From Octopus vulgaris (Eukaryota): a DNA stretch of 64,000 nucleotides. A program made the translations under genes and the position numbers. The DNA lies in contig OX597822.1 of NCBI GenBank assembly GCA_951406725.2, positions 46,500,001 to 46,564,000 of the forward strand. The letters are read 5' to 3'. Below the pieces are notes generated by a model that was not told the origin of the DNA, made no database searches, and saw only the letters and a program-made list of their open reading frames with translations. Below, piece after piece: positions 12,958 through 25,710 of this stretch (position 1 is its first letter; each line of letters begins with the position of its first letter).

Positions 12958-13297
12958 TTTAGCTCTTTTGATCCCAGCCTGACTGAAACCGCCTCTGACT
13001 CTAGAGTACAAATGTCTTTTTTTCAAAAGTTCTGAATTAAAATCTTCCACCAAACCTTAGTCACAATTTATGTTCCTAACACTAGCTTAATTAATAACTA
13101 AATTATTTTACTAAATTCTTTGCTATATTTAAAATCAATTGAAAGAAACGCAAAGCATCTCAACAGAAATATGGTAACAAAAGGGTTAAAATATATAACA
13201 GAGAAACAATTCTTAACCCTTTTGATACCAACCCAACTGAAACTGCCTGTGGCTCTGTAGTGCAAATGTCTTGTTTTGAAAAGTTCTGAATTAAAAT
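12958..13297. mobile_element. piggyBac-like MITE (TTAA-flanked, CCCT termini) plus adjacent partial copy
   Basis: Ends ..ggtaacaaaagggttaa (13188) and ttaacccttttgatacc (13212); reverse-oriented copy at 35578-35785. Confidence 0.6.
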
Positions 13298-14266
13298 TGG
13301 AAAAAAAAACAAAAAACAAAAGAGCTATACACATGCATACACACACACACATACATATGCACGCGCACACACACACACACACACACACTCACACTCACAC
13401 ATACACATGTAACTGTTTAGCCCAAAGTGACCCTTGCTTTTGCTGAGATATAATCAGAGACATTTTAGCTGTGACCATTCCATCATTTGTTCAGACATAG
13501 TATATCTAGGAATACATTACCTGATGTGTTCTTTGATTTTTTTTTTTAAGGTGGTAAGGTATGACTTATGGGAGATTTGGCTGTGAAATCTTGCAAGATA
13601 AGTCAACTATGCAGAGGCTCTCTCATTGACTCAACAAGAAAATCTTTGCTGATCAGTTATTTAGTCTTCATTTAACTATCATCTGTGTGTGTGTAGCAGC
13701 TACATGGTCCCAGATGTGTGAGCAGCAAATTTGGCATATAAGCAAAACACATACACTACAGATCTGTGACCAATAACGTTTACATTACAAGAGCTGCTTT
13801 TAATTTGTAATTTAATAATCAATAATAATATATTTAAAATTATCCAGAGATGTCTCACAACTCATCATCAATCCCTGGACATTATTTTCTTAAGCCCTCA
13901 GACCCTTGGGCCAGTTACCTGGTTTTCATAACATGTGAGTGACCAGAATCCCAATGCTTCTCTTGAACAGAGTATCAATCTGTCATTTACAACTGGGACA
14001 AAAATGAAATGAAGAGTTTTGCTCTAGAGCACAACACACCACCCAGTCTGGGAATAGAAACCATGATCTTGCAACAATGAATACAACACTATAACCACTT
14101 GTTTACATGCCTTCACACCTTACAATTGATCTTTTTATAATATAGTTAGCATTATCAACAGATACCTCACAACTGTTGTATATGATCTGATAATACAATT
14201 AGAATTACAGACAGATATTTTGTAACTGATTTTGTAATTAATATAGTTAAAATTATCAACAGATAC

Positions 14267-14440
14267 CTTGTAACTGATCGCAGTCTTCAGCAAGTTTTTC
14301 TATTCTCTCAACAGCAACCTCTAACGCTTCTCGGCCAACCCCATAGTAGCCACGGGCAAAGTTATTGGCAGCATCTTCTTTCCCAGACAGAAAAGTGTTT
14401 GGATGAAAGAGGCTCTTGAATTTTCCGGAACGTACAACAT
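14267..14440 (-). CDS. TUBA: Divergent alpha-tubulin, internal exon (D76-Q133)
   Basis: DVVRSGKFKSLFHPNTFLSGKEDAANNFARGYY..CDQLQ; acceptor tttcag (14441-14446), donor gtatct (14266); both junctions phase 1. Confidence 0.95.
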
Positions 14441-16190
14441 CTGAAATCATGATGGCATGGTAAAAAAAAAAATAGACAGAAGATTACAAAAAAGAAAATG
14501 TTAATAATAAAAAGAAATAATATTAGGAGACAAGAGTATCGACCATGTTTTGAGTGAGTGCTGTATACTAACACAAAAAGAGTACAAAAGGAGTACAGGC
14601 ACAGACACAGGCATGACTGTATAGGCAAAAGAGTACATTGGGATGTCAGCCAAGTATGCGGCTTCAAAACAACTGAAATGTGGTGTGAATAAGAACCAAA
14701 GGCTATGATAGAAGATGAGAATTACAAGAGCTTGTGGGACTTCATTATAAAGACTGACTGTACTATTGAAGCAATATGACCAGACATGATAATAGAGGAC
14801 CTTCATAGCTATTCCATGTTTACAAAAATACCATTATGTCATTATGTTTTATTAATTAGCTCTTCAACCAGCCGGCCCTGATATACTACATGTGTCATGC
14901 TCAAACTGGTCATAGCTGGCCTCTCACACTTACATTGCAATGTTATTCTGAAAATAAACAACCACATCATCGAGATCTCAAAGCTGCAAAATAATTAAGG
15001 ATTAATACAAAACAATTTGGAATAAATAAGTATTACATTTGACAGATTAATCTGAATAATAGAGATTAAATGTTATTAGGAATTGTATCAAAAAATTGTT
15101 AAGATATTTGGTGTGTTGTACAAGCATAAGCAATTTATTCTTTTATTCTTTTATTTGTTTCAGTCATTTGACTGCAGCCATGCAGGAGCACCGCCTTTAG
15201 TTGAACAAATCGACCCCAGGACTTATTCTTTGTAAGCCTAGTAGTTATATCAGTCTCTTTTGCCGAGCTGCTAAGTTACAGGGACATAAACACACCAGCA
15301 TCAGTTATCAAGCAGTGGGTGGGTGGGGGGGACAAACACAGACACACAAACATATACATACTTATATATACACAACAGGCTCCTTTCAGTTTCTGCCTAT
15401 CAAATCCACTCAGAAGGCTTTGGTCAGCCTGAGACTATAGGAGAAGACACTTGCCCAAGGTGACACGCAGTGGGACTGAACCTGGAACCGTGTAGTTCGT
15501 AAGCAAGCTTCTTACCACACAGCCACTCCTGCTATTGCTCATAAATTTTAATAAGAAAATTTTATGTGGATCCCCAAGGGCCCTATGGACTCTGGTTGCT
15601 GAGAACCCCTTCTAGGTGATGCCTCAGCATGGTCACAGTCAAATGACTGAAACAAGTAAAAAAACAAATGAAAAATAATCACACAAAAAATAAAACATAA
15701 ATAAAAAAAACAAAATAAGAAAATACTCAATACAGTAGAAAGTCATTAATTATTTTATATTATATTAGTTAATGTCATTTGGTTATATTGTGTTCATTAA
15801 TGATCAATATTGTGTATTCACTTGCTGCTTAGCAATTACTGATTATTGATATACTCAACAATAAAACAATGATTTCTTTTATGAGACACAAAAATGGAGA
15901 CATGGCTGTGTGGTTTAGAAGTTTGCTTTGCTTCTATAAGATTTCAGGTTCAGTCTCATTGCGGGGCACCCTGGGCAATCCATAAGCTGACTAATGCCTT
16001 GTGAGTGCATTTGGTAGATGGAAACTGTATATATGTGTATGTTTATATATTCTTTTATTCTTTTATTTATTTCAGTCATTTGACTGCGGCCATGCTGGAG
16101 CACCGCCTTTAATTGAATAAATCAACCCCAAGACTTATTCTTTGTAAGCCTAGTACTTATTCTATCAGTCTCTTTTGCTAAATCGCTAAG

Positions 16191-16730
16191 TTATGGGGTA
16201 TGTAAAAGGTGCTCAGAGTTATTGTTAGTAAGATGGTTAATAATTTTATGGGTGTCTGCCAAGTCAGCTGCCAGACGTCGGAGTTTCAATGTGTCCATGC
16301 CCAAGGAAGTAAGGCGTTCAGAATACGGCAAATGCCTGATGGAGGGTATTCTCTTGGTTGCACGTCGTTGAACGATTTCCAGACGATTAATATCCTGGGT
16401 AAGATAGGGATTCCAGACCGGTAATGCAAACTCCAGGTGAGGCCACACCATAGCTATATAAAGTCTCCAATAGATAGCCGGAGAGCGGCTCACAAAGGAC
16501 TTGGTAAGTGATGCCAAGACACCCTCAACCTTCTTGGCACTTTCAGCAATCTGTTTTGTCCAATGCAAATTGCTGTTGACAATAATGCCCAGGTCACGTT
16601 CACAAGAAGACTTTTTGTGGAGGGAGTAAGTAGACGCTGGGTTTTTCCTCCCAAAATGCATGGTGGTACATTTGTCCACAGCCAGCTTGAGTTGCCAGTT
16701 CATGATCCATTGCTGCATTGTGTCCAAGTG
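16191..16730 (-). mobile_element. CR1-clade LINE 3' fragment
   Basis: WQLKLAVDKCTTMHFG, ERDLGIIV, PHLEFA..VWNPY, VQRRATK; near-identical to 52750-53130. Confidence 0.85.
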
Positions 16731-17038
16731 TTAAGTATGATAGAGGAAAAAACATCAGTGTCTCATTACGGAGGGAGGTAGTACTTGGTTCATACACAAT
16801 ATATAGGAGTGATTGGGAGTAGTTGGGAAGGTAAATATGATAATGATAAGGTGCCAGAGCAAACTCTCAGATACAGGAAGGTGAGCATATAGGAACAAAT
16901 AGTGTAAGGTAATGTATCCTATGCTTTAACAACTATGCCAATTTGCTGCCTAATAAATCAAACCAAAGACAATCAGTAAGTTGTTAATAAATGAGTTAAT
17001 CATCTGAACATAATTTCACATAACATTTCGTTACATAC

Positions 17039-17261
17039 CAATTACGGTTGGTTCAAGGTCAATAAACATAGCACGAGGAACAATTAAAGATTTCTCTGTT
17101 TCGTAAAATATTGAGTCAAGACGATTGTTTTTGTGCTCGTGAAAACAGTTACATTTTAGTCTGCCATCAGGCTCAACTCCATGTTCAAGACAATACAATT
17201 CCCAACAGGATTCAGCAAACTGAACGCCAGCTTGTCCAATATTGATGCTCACAATTTCTCC
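17039..17261 (-). CDS. TUBA: Divergent alpha-tubulin, exon encoding GEIVSINIGQAG...DLEPTVI
   Basis: GQAGVQ, CWELYCLEHG, VPRAMFIDLEPTVI; acceptor tttcag (17262-17267), donor gtatgt (17038); intron after the first codon(s) and at codon 76 phase 1 are classic alpha-tubulin positions. Confidence 0.95.
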
Positions 17262-17320
17262 CTGAAACATCAAACAATAAAACAAAATATTATTATATAT
17301 TATATATACGTATTTTCATC

Positions 17321-17351
<31 letters not shown>

Positions 17352-17503
17352 TTGAATGAATAAATGTCTAAAGTTAAATTTGGTTTGGTGTTTCTTTTTG
17401 TCAGTGTTTTTAACAGCTAAAATTTTTTTCAGATGTCCAGTTAAAATTTCATCAATATGGATTACCTTGATGATGTTGTGCTGATTATTATTAATTTTAA
17501 TAT

Positions 17504-17558
<55 letters not shown>

Positions 17559-20500
17559 CATCATCATCATCATCATCATTTAACGTCCGCTTTCCATGCT
17601 AGCATGGGTTGGACGGTTCAACTGGGGTCTGGGGAGCCCGAAGGCTGCACCAGGCCAGTCAGATCTGGCAGTGTTTCTACAGCTGGATGCCCTTCCTAAC
17701 GCCAACCACTCCGAGAGTGTAGTGGGTGATTTTATGTGCCACCGACACAGGTGCCAGACGAGGCTGGCGAACGGCCACGCTCGGATGGTGTTTTTATGTG
17801 CCACCGACACAGGTGCCAGACGAGGCTGGCGAACGGCCACGCTCGGATGGTGTTTTTATGTGCCACCGACACAGGTGCCAGACGAGGCTGACGAACGGCC
17901 ACGATCGGATGGTGTTTCTTACGTGCCCACAGCACGGAGGCCAGTCGATGAGGTACTGGCTACGGCCACGTTCGGATGGTTTTCTTGTGTGCCACCGGCA
18001 CTGGTACCACAATGATACAAATTCCATTGATGTTCATCTATTTTGATTTGATTTGATTTGATTTGATTTTCACTTGCCTCAACAGGTCTTCACAAGTGTC
18101 ACAAGAAGGAAGGAAGGTATGCACAGGTGAACTGACAACGTCCCAGGTAGGGGCCACGGGTTATGGCCTGACTAGTCTTGTCGGGTCTTCGGATGATGTT
18201 TTTATGTGTCTCCGACACAGGTGCCAGATGGATGGTGTTTGTTACGTGCCCACAGCACGGAGGCCAGTCGATGCGGTACTGGCTACGGCCACATTCGGAT
18301 GGTTTTCTTGTGTGCCACCGGCACTGGTACCACAAAGATACAAATTCCATTGATGTTCATCTATTTTGATTTGATTTGATTTGATTTGATCACTTGTCTC
18401 AACAGGTCTTCACAAGTGTCACAAGAAGGAAGGTATGCACAGGTGGACTGACTACGTCCCAAGTAGAGGCCACGGGTTATGGCCTGACTAGTCTTGCCGG
18501 GTCTTCGGATGGTGCTTTTATGTGCCACCGACACAGGTGCCAGATGAGGCTGGCGAACGGCCACGATCGGATGGTGTTTGTTATGTGCCCACAGCACAGA
18601 GGCCAGTCAATGCGGTACTGGCTACGGCCACATTCGGATAGTTATCTTGTGTGCCACCGGCCCTGGTACCACAAAGATACAAATTCCATTGATGTTCATC
18701 TATTTTGATTTGTTTTGATTTGATCACTTGCCTCAACAGGTCTTCACAAGTGTCACAAGAAGGAAGGTATGCACAGGCGGACTGACTACGTCCCAGGTAG
18801 GGGCCACGGGTTATGGCCTGACTAGTCTTGCCGGGTCTTCAGATGGTGTTTTTATGTGCCACCGACACAGGTGCCTGATGAGGCTGGCGAACGGACATGA
18901 TCGGATGGTGTTTGTTACGTGCCCACAGCACGGAGGCCAGTCGATGCGGTACTGGCTACGGCCACGTTCGGATTGTTTTCTTGTGTGCCACCGGCACTGG
19001 TACCATAAAGATACAAATTCCATTGATGTTCATCTATTTTATTTTGATTTTCACTTTCACTTGCCTCAAAAGGTCTTCACAAGTGTCACAAGAAGGAAGG
19101 TATGCACAGGTGGACTGACTACGTCCCAGGTTGGGGCCACGGATTATGGCCTGACTAGTCTTTCCGGGTCTTCGGATGGTGTTTTTATGTGCCACCGACA
19201 CAGGTGCCTAGTCTTGCCGGGTCTTCGGATGGTGTTTTTATGTGCTACCGACACAGGTGCCGGATGAGGCTGGCGAACGGCCACGATCGGATGGTGTTTG
19301 TTACGTGCCCACAGCACGGAGGCCAGTCGATGCAGTACTGGCTACGGCCACGTTCGGATGGTTTTCTTGTGTGCCAACGGCACTGGTACCACAAAGATAC
19401 AAATTCCATTGATATTCATCTATTTCGATTTGTTTTGATTTTTTGATTTTTTGATTTTTTTTTTTTTTTTTTTTTTTGATTTTCACTTGCCTCAACAGGT
19501 CTTCACAAGTGTCACAAGAAGGGAGGTATGCACAGGTGAACTGACTACGTCCCAGGTAGGGGCCACGGGTTATGGCCTGACTAGTCTTGCCGGGTCTTCG
19601 GATGGTGTCTTTATGTGCCACCGACACAGGTGCCAGATGAGGCTGGCGAACGGCCACGATCGGATGGTGTTTGCTATGTGCCCACAGCACGGAGGCCAGT
19701 CGATGCGGTACTGGCTACGGCCACGTTCGGATGGTTTTCTTGTGTGCCACCGGCACTGGTAACAAAGATACAAATTCCATTGATGATCATCTATTTTATT
19801 TTGATTTTCACTTTCACTTGCCTCAACAGGTCTTCACAAGTGTCACAAGAAGGAAGGTATGCACAGGTGGACTGACTACGTCCCAGGTAGGGGCCACGGG
19901 TTATGGCCTGACTACTCTTGCCGGGTCTTCTCACGCACAGCATACTTCCATAGGTCTCGGTCTCTAGTCATTTCCTTGGTGAGACCTAAAGTTCGAAGGT
20001 CGTGCTTCACCACCTCGTCCCAGGTTTTCCTGGGTCTACCTCTTCCACAGGTTCCCTCAACTGCTAGGGTGTAGCACTTTTGCACACAACTATCTACAGC
20101 CATTCTCGTCACATGACCATACCAGCGCAGCCGTCTCTCTTGCACACCACAATTGACGCTTCTTAGGTTCAACTTTTCTCTCAAGGTACTTACACTCTGA
20201 CGATTATGAACACTGACATTACACATCCATCGGAGCATACTGGCTTCATTTCTTGCAAGCTTACGCATATCCTCAGCAGTCACGGCCCATGTTTCACTAC
20301 CATGTAGCATGGCTGTATGTACACATGCATCATACAGTCTACCTTTTACTCTGAGCGAGAGGCCTTTTGTCACCAGCAGGGGTAAGAGCTCTCTAAACTT
20401 TGCCCAAGCTATTCTTACTCTAGCAGTTACACTTTCAGCACACCCACCCCCGCTACTGACTTGGTCTCCTAGGTAGCGGAAGCTATCAACTACTTCTAGT

Positions 20501-22890
20501 TTGTCTCCCTGGAACGTGGTAGAAGTTGGTCTCTGCACATTTCCAGTGTTTATTGCTCCTGAGCATCTGCCACAGACAAAAACTATTTTCCTAGTTAGCC
20601 TTCCTTTGACATTGCTGCACCTCTTATGTGTCCATAGCTTACACTTGGTGCACCTTATAGAGTTTCTACCTACACCTTTTTTACAGATCGAGCAGGGCCA
20701 TCTACCTGAAGTCGTTTGTGATTGGTCCACCTTCCTACTTATTAGGACTTTGGTTTTGGCTAGGTTGATTCTAAGGCCCTTCGATTCTAATCCTTGTTTC
20801 CACACCTGAAACTTCTCCTCCAGTTCTGATAGTGACTCAGCAATTAGAGCAAGGTCGTCAGCATAGAGGAGCTCCCAGGGGCATCCTGTCTTGAATTCCT
20901 CCGTTATTGCCTGGAGGACTATGATAAATAGGAGGGGACTGAGGACTGAACCTTGGTGGACCCCAACCTCTACCCGGAATTCTTCACTGTACTCGTTGCC
21001 AACCCTCACCTTACTAGCAGCGTCTCTGTACATGGCTTGCACAGCTCTCACTAACCATTCATCTATCCCTAGTTTCCTCATTGACCACCAGATAAGGGAT
21101 CGGGGGACCCTGTCAAAGGCTTTCTCCAAGTCAACAAAAGCCAGGTACAAGGGCTTGTCTTTGGCTAGGTATTTCTCCTGCAGCTGTCTTACCAGGAATA
21201 TAGCATCAGTAGTACTTTTCCCTGGCATGAACCCAAACTGCATATCATCTAAGCTAACACTCTCTCTAATTAGTTGGGCTATAACCCTCTCCGTAACCTT
21301 CATTACCTGATCCAGCAGCTTGATGCCTCTGTAGTTATTTGTATCTAGGGCGTCACCTTTACCTTTGTAGCAGTTGACTATTATGCTGCTACACCAGTCA
21401 TTGGGTATGACTCCCTCGTGTATCACCTGGTTAACTATACGGGTGACTAAGCTATAGCCGACACCACCAGATATTTTGAGCATCTCTGCAGTAATTCCTG
21501 ATGGGCCTGGGGCTTTCCCTGTTTTCATGCTTCTAATTGCCTTATCTACTAAGGAACTGTTAACTCGGATTGCTGGTCCCTCTGTTGGGTCGACATTCGG
21601 CAGACTCTCTTTATCCCATTCATTTTCTTCATTCAGCAACCTTTCATAGTGGCGTCTCCAAGCCTCTCTCTTTGCATCCTCATTTAGCGCAAGTGAACCG
21701 TCATCCTTGCGAACACACTTCTCTCCTACCACGTCACGGTTCTCTCTCACACACTGTCTTGCAACACGAAATACCTTAAGTCTTTCATCCTCACGGCTCA
21801 GGACATTGGCAAATTTTTCCTTATCTGCCTCCCCTCTGGCTAGATAGACCTGTCTCCTGGCTTCCCTTCTGGCAGTCTGATACACTTCCCTGCTACCACC
21901 GTTCTTCCAGGCCTTCCAAGCCTGTTTCTTTTGTCTAATAGCCCTGTCAACAATATTGTTCCACCACCACGTTATTTTGGGTCTTAAGGGGACTTTGCAC
22001 CAGCCACAGATCTGGTCAGCGGCTTTCAGCAGGTTGTCCCTCAGAAGCGTCCAGTTGTCTTCTACCCCATGCGTAGCTATACTCCCTTCCATTTCGTCTA
22101 AGGCTTCAAATAACATATCTCTAAATCTCTGTCCATTCGCAGGGTCTTTAAGCTTCCAGACCCTTCTTCTCCATGTTGGTCGTCTTCTAGTCGCCCTCTT
22201 AGTCCTGATCCTAAAGTCACTAACTACCAGTCTATGTTGTGGGGTGCATTCTTCGCCTGGGAAGGTTTTGGCATTTATAAGCAGCCATCTTTCCCTTTTT
22301 CTGGCAAGGATGTAGTCGATTTGGCTAGTATGCCGGCCCGATCAGTAGGTGACCAGGTGGCTTGTCGGTTTCCTGAAGTTAGTGTTGCAAACCATAAGAC
22401 TATTCGCATCGCAGAACTCCAGCAGCCTGGTTCCCTCCTCGTTGCGGGAACCATAACCGTAGCCTCCATGCACGCCATGGAAGCCCCCAGCACATCGTCC
22501 AACATGCCCATTGAAGTCACCAGCCACAAAGAGAAGGTCCCTGTCGTTCGTCAATGATGTGGTCTGCAGTAGGGTGTCGTAGAAACAGTCTTTCTGTCCA
22601 TCAGGTAGCCCTGGCTGAGGGGCATAGGCCGATATAATAGTTGCTAAACTATGATGGAGCACTAATCTAATCTTAATTATTCTGTCACATACTCTGACTA
22701 CCTCGATTACCTTATCTACCCATTTTTCGGCGATAAGCATGCCCAAACCCCCGACCCCATCAGTATTCCCAGCCCAGAAAATCTTGTACCTCTGTCCTTT
22801 GCCTGTGAGGAACCTAGCAGAACCTCCTCTCCACCTCACTTCTTGAATGCAGCATATATCCACACACCTCCGTTCAAGCAATTCAACGAT
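17559..22890 (-). mobile_element. RTE-clade LINE copy 1: near full ORF (APE endonuclease + RT + PHD-type finger), one premature stop, tandemly expanded 3' UTR, (GAT)n tail
   Basis: APE motifs IQEVRW, SAYAPQ, GDFNGH, QIDY; RT motifs NYRGIKL, QFGF, FVDLEKAFD, GVHQGSVLSP, YADD; TGA at 22342-22344 is in frame with ORF 19912-22116; 5'-truncated; inserted in (TA)n in tubulin intron 1. Confidence 0.95.
17905..19930 (-). repeat. About six tandem ~320-430 bp units of the RTE stop-codon/3' UTR region
   Basis: ttg(c/t)ctcaa(c/a)aggtcttcacaagtgtcacaagaagg recurs at ~18075, 18394, 18728, 19061, 19487 and 19818. Confidence 0.9.
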
Positions 22891-23537
22891 GAATATATAT
22901 ATGAATATATATATGTGTATTTGTATGTTTATGCAATTGAAACAATTGTTGGATTTTTAAAGTGTCAACTGAAATAAAGATATGATTTTCATCATACATA
23001 TCGATTGTTATATATATGTATATATATATATAAACAATATCAAACACACATACACAATGTATACATTTTGCTAGTTCATGTCATGGGTAGGCTGCACTGA
23101 TAGGCATAAAAGAATATATTCTCATTAATTTGCCTGGTGCACCAGAATGTAGAAATACTTGAGTTGGTGTCTGAAGGTGTAGTAAACCAACAGTGTATGA
23201 GAAACCTTGGTCCCTCATTCACTGTGGGTTTACTACATGGTAAGGGTGGTAATTAATATATAAAACCTGCCACTCTACTGAGTCGGATATCTTGCACTTT
23301 GCTTGTCTCTGAGATTCTTGGTAGTGCTAGTGAGAGTTGTCGTGGAATTGTGCAATCTGCACTCAACTTAGAACACTTGCATGGACTGAGACTCCTGTCA
23401 GTGATTGTCATGCTCATCTAACGAGCAGACAGCCATCATGTATTTTATGTGTGTGTGTGTGTGTGTGTGTGTATCATCATCATCGTTTAACATCCACCTT
23501 CCATACTGGCATGGGTAGGAACACACGAATATGTGTA

Positions 23538-25674
23538 TCATCATCATCATCATCATCATCGTTTAACGTCCGCTTTCCGCGCTAGCACGGGTTGGACGGT
23601 TTGACCGGGTCTGGGAAGCCAGGGGCCGCTCCAGGCTCCAGTCTGAATCTGGCAGAGTTTCTACGGCTGGATGCCCTTCCTAACGCCAACCACTCCGTGA
23701 GTGGATTGGGTGCTTTTTACGTGCCACCTGCACAGGGGCCGGAGGGTCCGGCATCGTCACGATCGGTTCGAGCATTTTAACGTGTCAGCGGCACGGGGGC
23801 AACGAGGTCCGGGGTACTTTGGGGATCGGGGTACTTTGGGGATCCAGGGTACTTTGGGGATCCGGGGTACTTAGAATGGGTAGGGGGTATGTGGAATTGC
23901 TGCAGAAAGCAGCCCGGGTCTTTGTAGTCACAGCATATCTCCAGAGATCTCGGTCCTTCGCCATTGCCTCAGTGAGGCCCAATGCTCTGAGGTCATGCTT
24001 GACCACCTCATCCCATGTCTTCCTGGGTCTACCTCTCCCCCTGATACCTTCAACTGTTTGGGAGTGGCACTTCTTCACACATCTCTCTTCATCCATCCGC
24101 AGCACATGACCATACCATCGCAAGCGTCGCTCTTGCACACCACATCTGATGCTTCTTATATCCAGCATTTCTCTCAGGATACTTACACTCTGTTTTGCAT
24201 GCACACTGACACTACACATCCAGCGGATCATGCTAGCTTCATTTCTTTCAAGTCTACGCATGTCTTCTGCAGTCACAGCCCATGTTTCATTACCGTGAAG
24301 CATGGCAGTTCGCACACATGCATCATACAATCTACCTTTTGCTCTGAGGGAGAGGCCTTTTGTTGCCAGTAGGGGTAGGAGCTTTCTGAACTTTGCCCAG
24401 GCTATTCGTATTCTAGTGGTGATACTCTCTGTACATCCACCTCCGCTACTAACTTGGTCTCCCAGGTAGCGGAAACTATCAACTACTTCTAGTTTCTCTC
24501 CCTGGAGTGTGATGGAATCTGTTTTCTGAGTGTCTGTTGTGTCTATTGTCCCTGTGCATCTGCCGCACATGAAAGCTATCTTATCTGTTAATTTCCCTTT
24601 AATGTTGCTGCACCTCTTATGTGTCCATAACTTACATTGGGTGCATCTTATGGAGTTTCTACCTGTACCTTTCCTACAGGTTGAGCAGGGCCACCTACCC
24701 GAGGGGATGTGTGTTGAGTACCTCTTGCTGCTTACTAATACTTTGGTCTTTGCTACATTTATTCTAAGGCCCTTTGATTCCAACCCTTGCTTCCACACCC
24801 GAAATTTCTCTTCTAGTTCCGGTAGTGATTCTGCTATGAGAGCTAGGTCATCGGCATAGAGGAGCTCCCAGGGGCATCCCGTTTTGAATTCCTCTGTTAT
24901 TGCCTGAAGGACTATGATGAATAAAAGGGGACTGAGGGCTGAGCCCTGGTGCACACCTACTTCTACTCGGAATTCTTCACTATATTCGTTGCCAATCCTA
25001 ACCTTGCTAACAGCCTCTCTGTATAGAGCCTGTACAGCCCTTATTAGCCATTCTTCAATCTCCAGTTTCCGCATCGACCACCAGATAAGGGAACGGGGAA
25101 CCCTGTCAAAGGCTTTCTCCAAGTCTACAAAAGCTATGTAGAGGGGTTTATCTTTAGCTAGGTACTTCTCCTGCAGTTGTCGGACCAGGAATATAGCATC
25201 AGTGGTGCTTCTACCTGGTACAAAACCGAACTGCATTTCATCTAAACAAATTCTCTCCCTAATGAGATTGGTTATGACCTTCTCTGAGACCTTCATCACC
25301 TGGTCCAACAGTTTGATACCTCTGTAGTTATTTCTATCTAGAGCATCACCCTTACCCTTGTAGCAGTTGACTATGGTACTGCTGCACCAGTCATTGGGTA
25401 TGGCTCCATTGTGAACTACCTGGTTTACAATGCGGGTGACTATGGCATGGCCCACATAGCCAGCTGTTTTAAGCATCTCAGCAGTGATTCCTGATAGGCC
25501 AGGGGCTTTGCCTGGTTTCATATCCTTAATTGCCTTATCTACAAGGGAGCTGTCTATTCGGGTAGCTGGTCCCTCTACTGGGTCAACATTTGGCAGGCTC
25601 TCCTCCTCCCATTCATTCTCCTCATTCAGCAGTCTTTCATAATGGCTTCTCCAAGCCTCTTTCTTTTCACTAGT

Positions 25675-25710
<36 letters not shown>

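Noticed and set aside
18871-18900. CTGATGA-GGCTGGC-GAAC resembling a hammerhead core
   Set aside because: Only one unit has CTGATGA (others CAGATGA, CAGACGA or CGGATGA), GAAA is absent and the stems do not form
17596-19967. Many short repeated ORFs (CHRHRCQ.., VPPTQVPDE..)
   Set aside because: Translations of the tandem RTE 3' UTR units; no coherent frame
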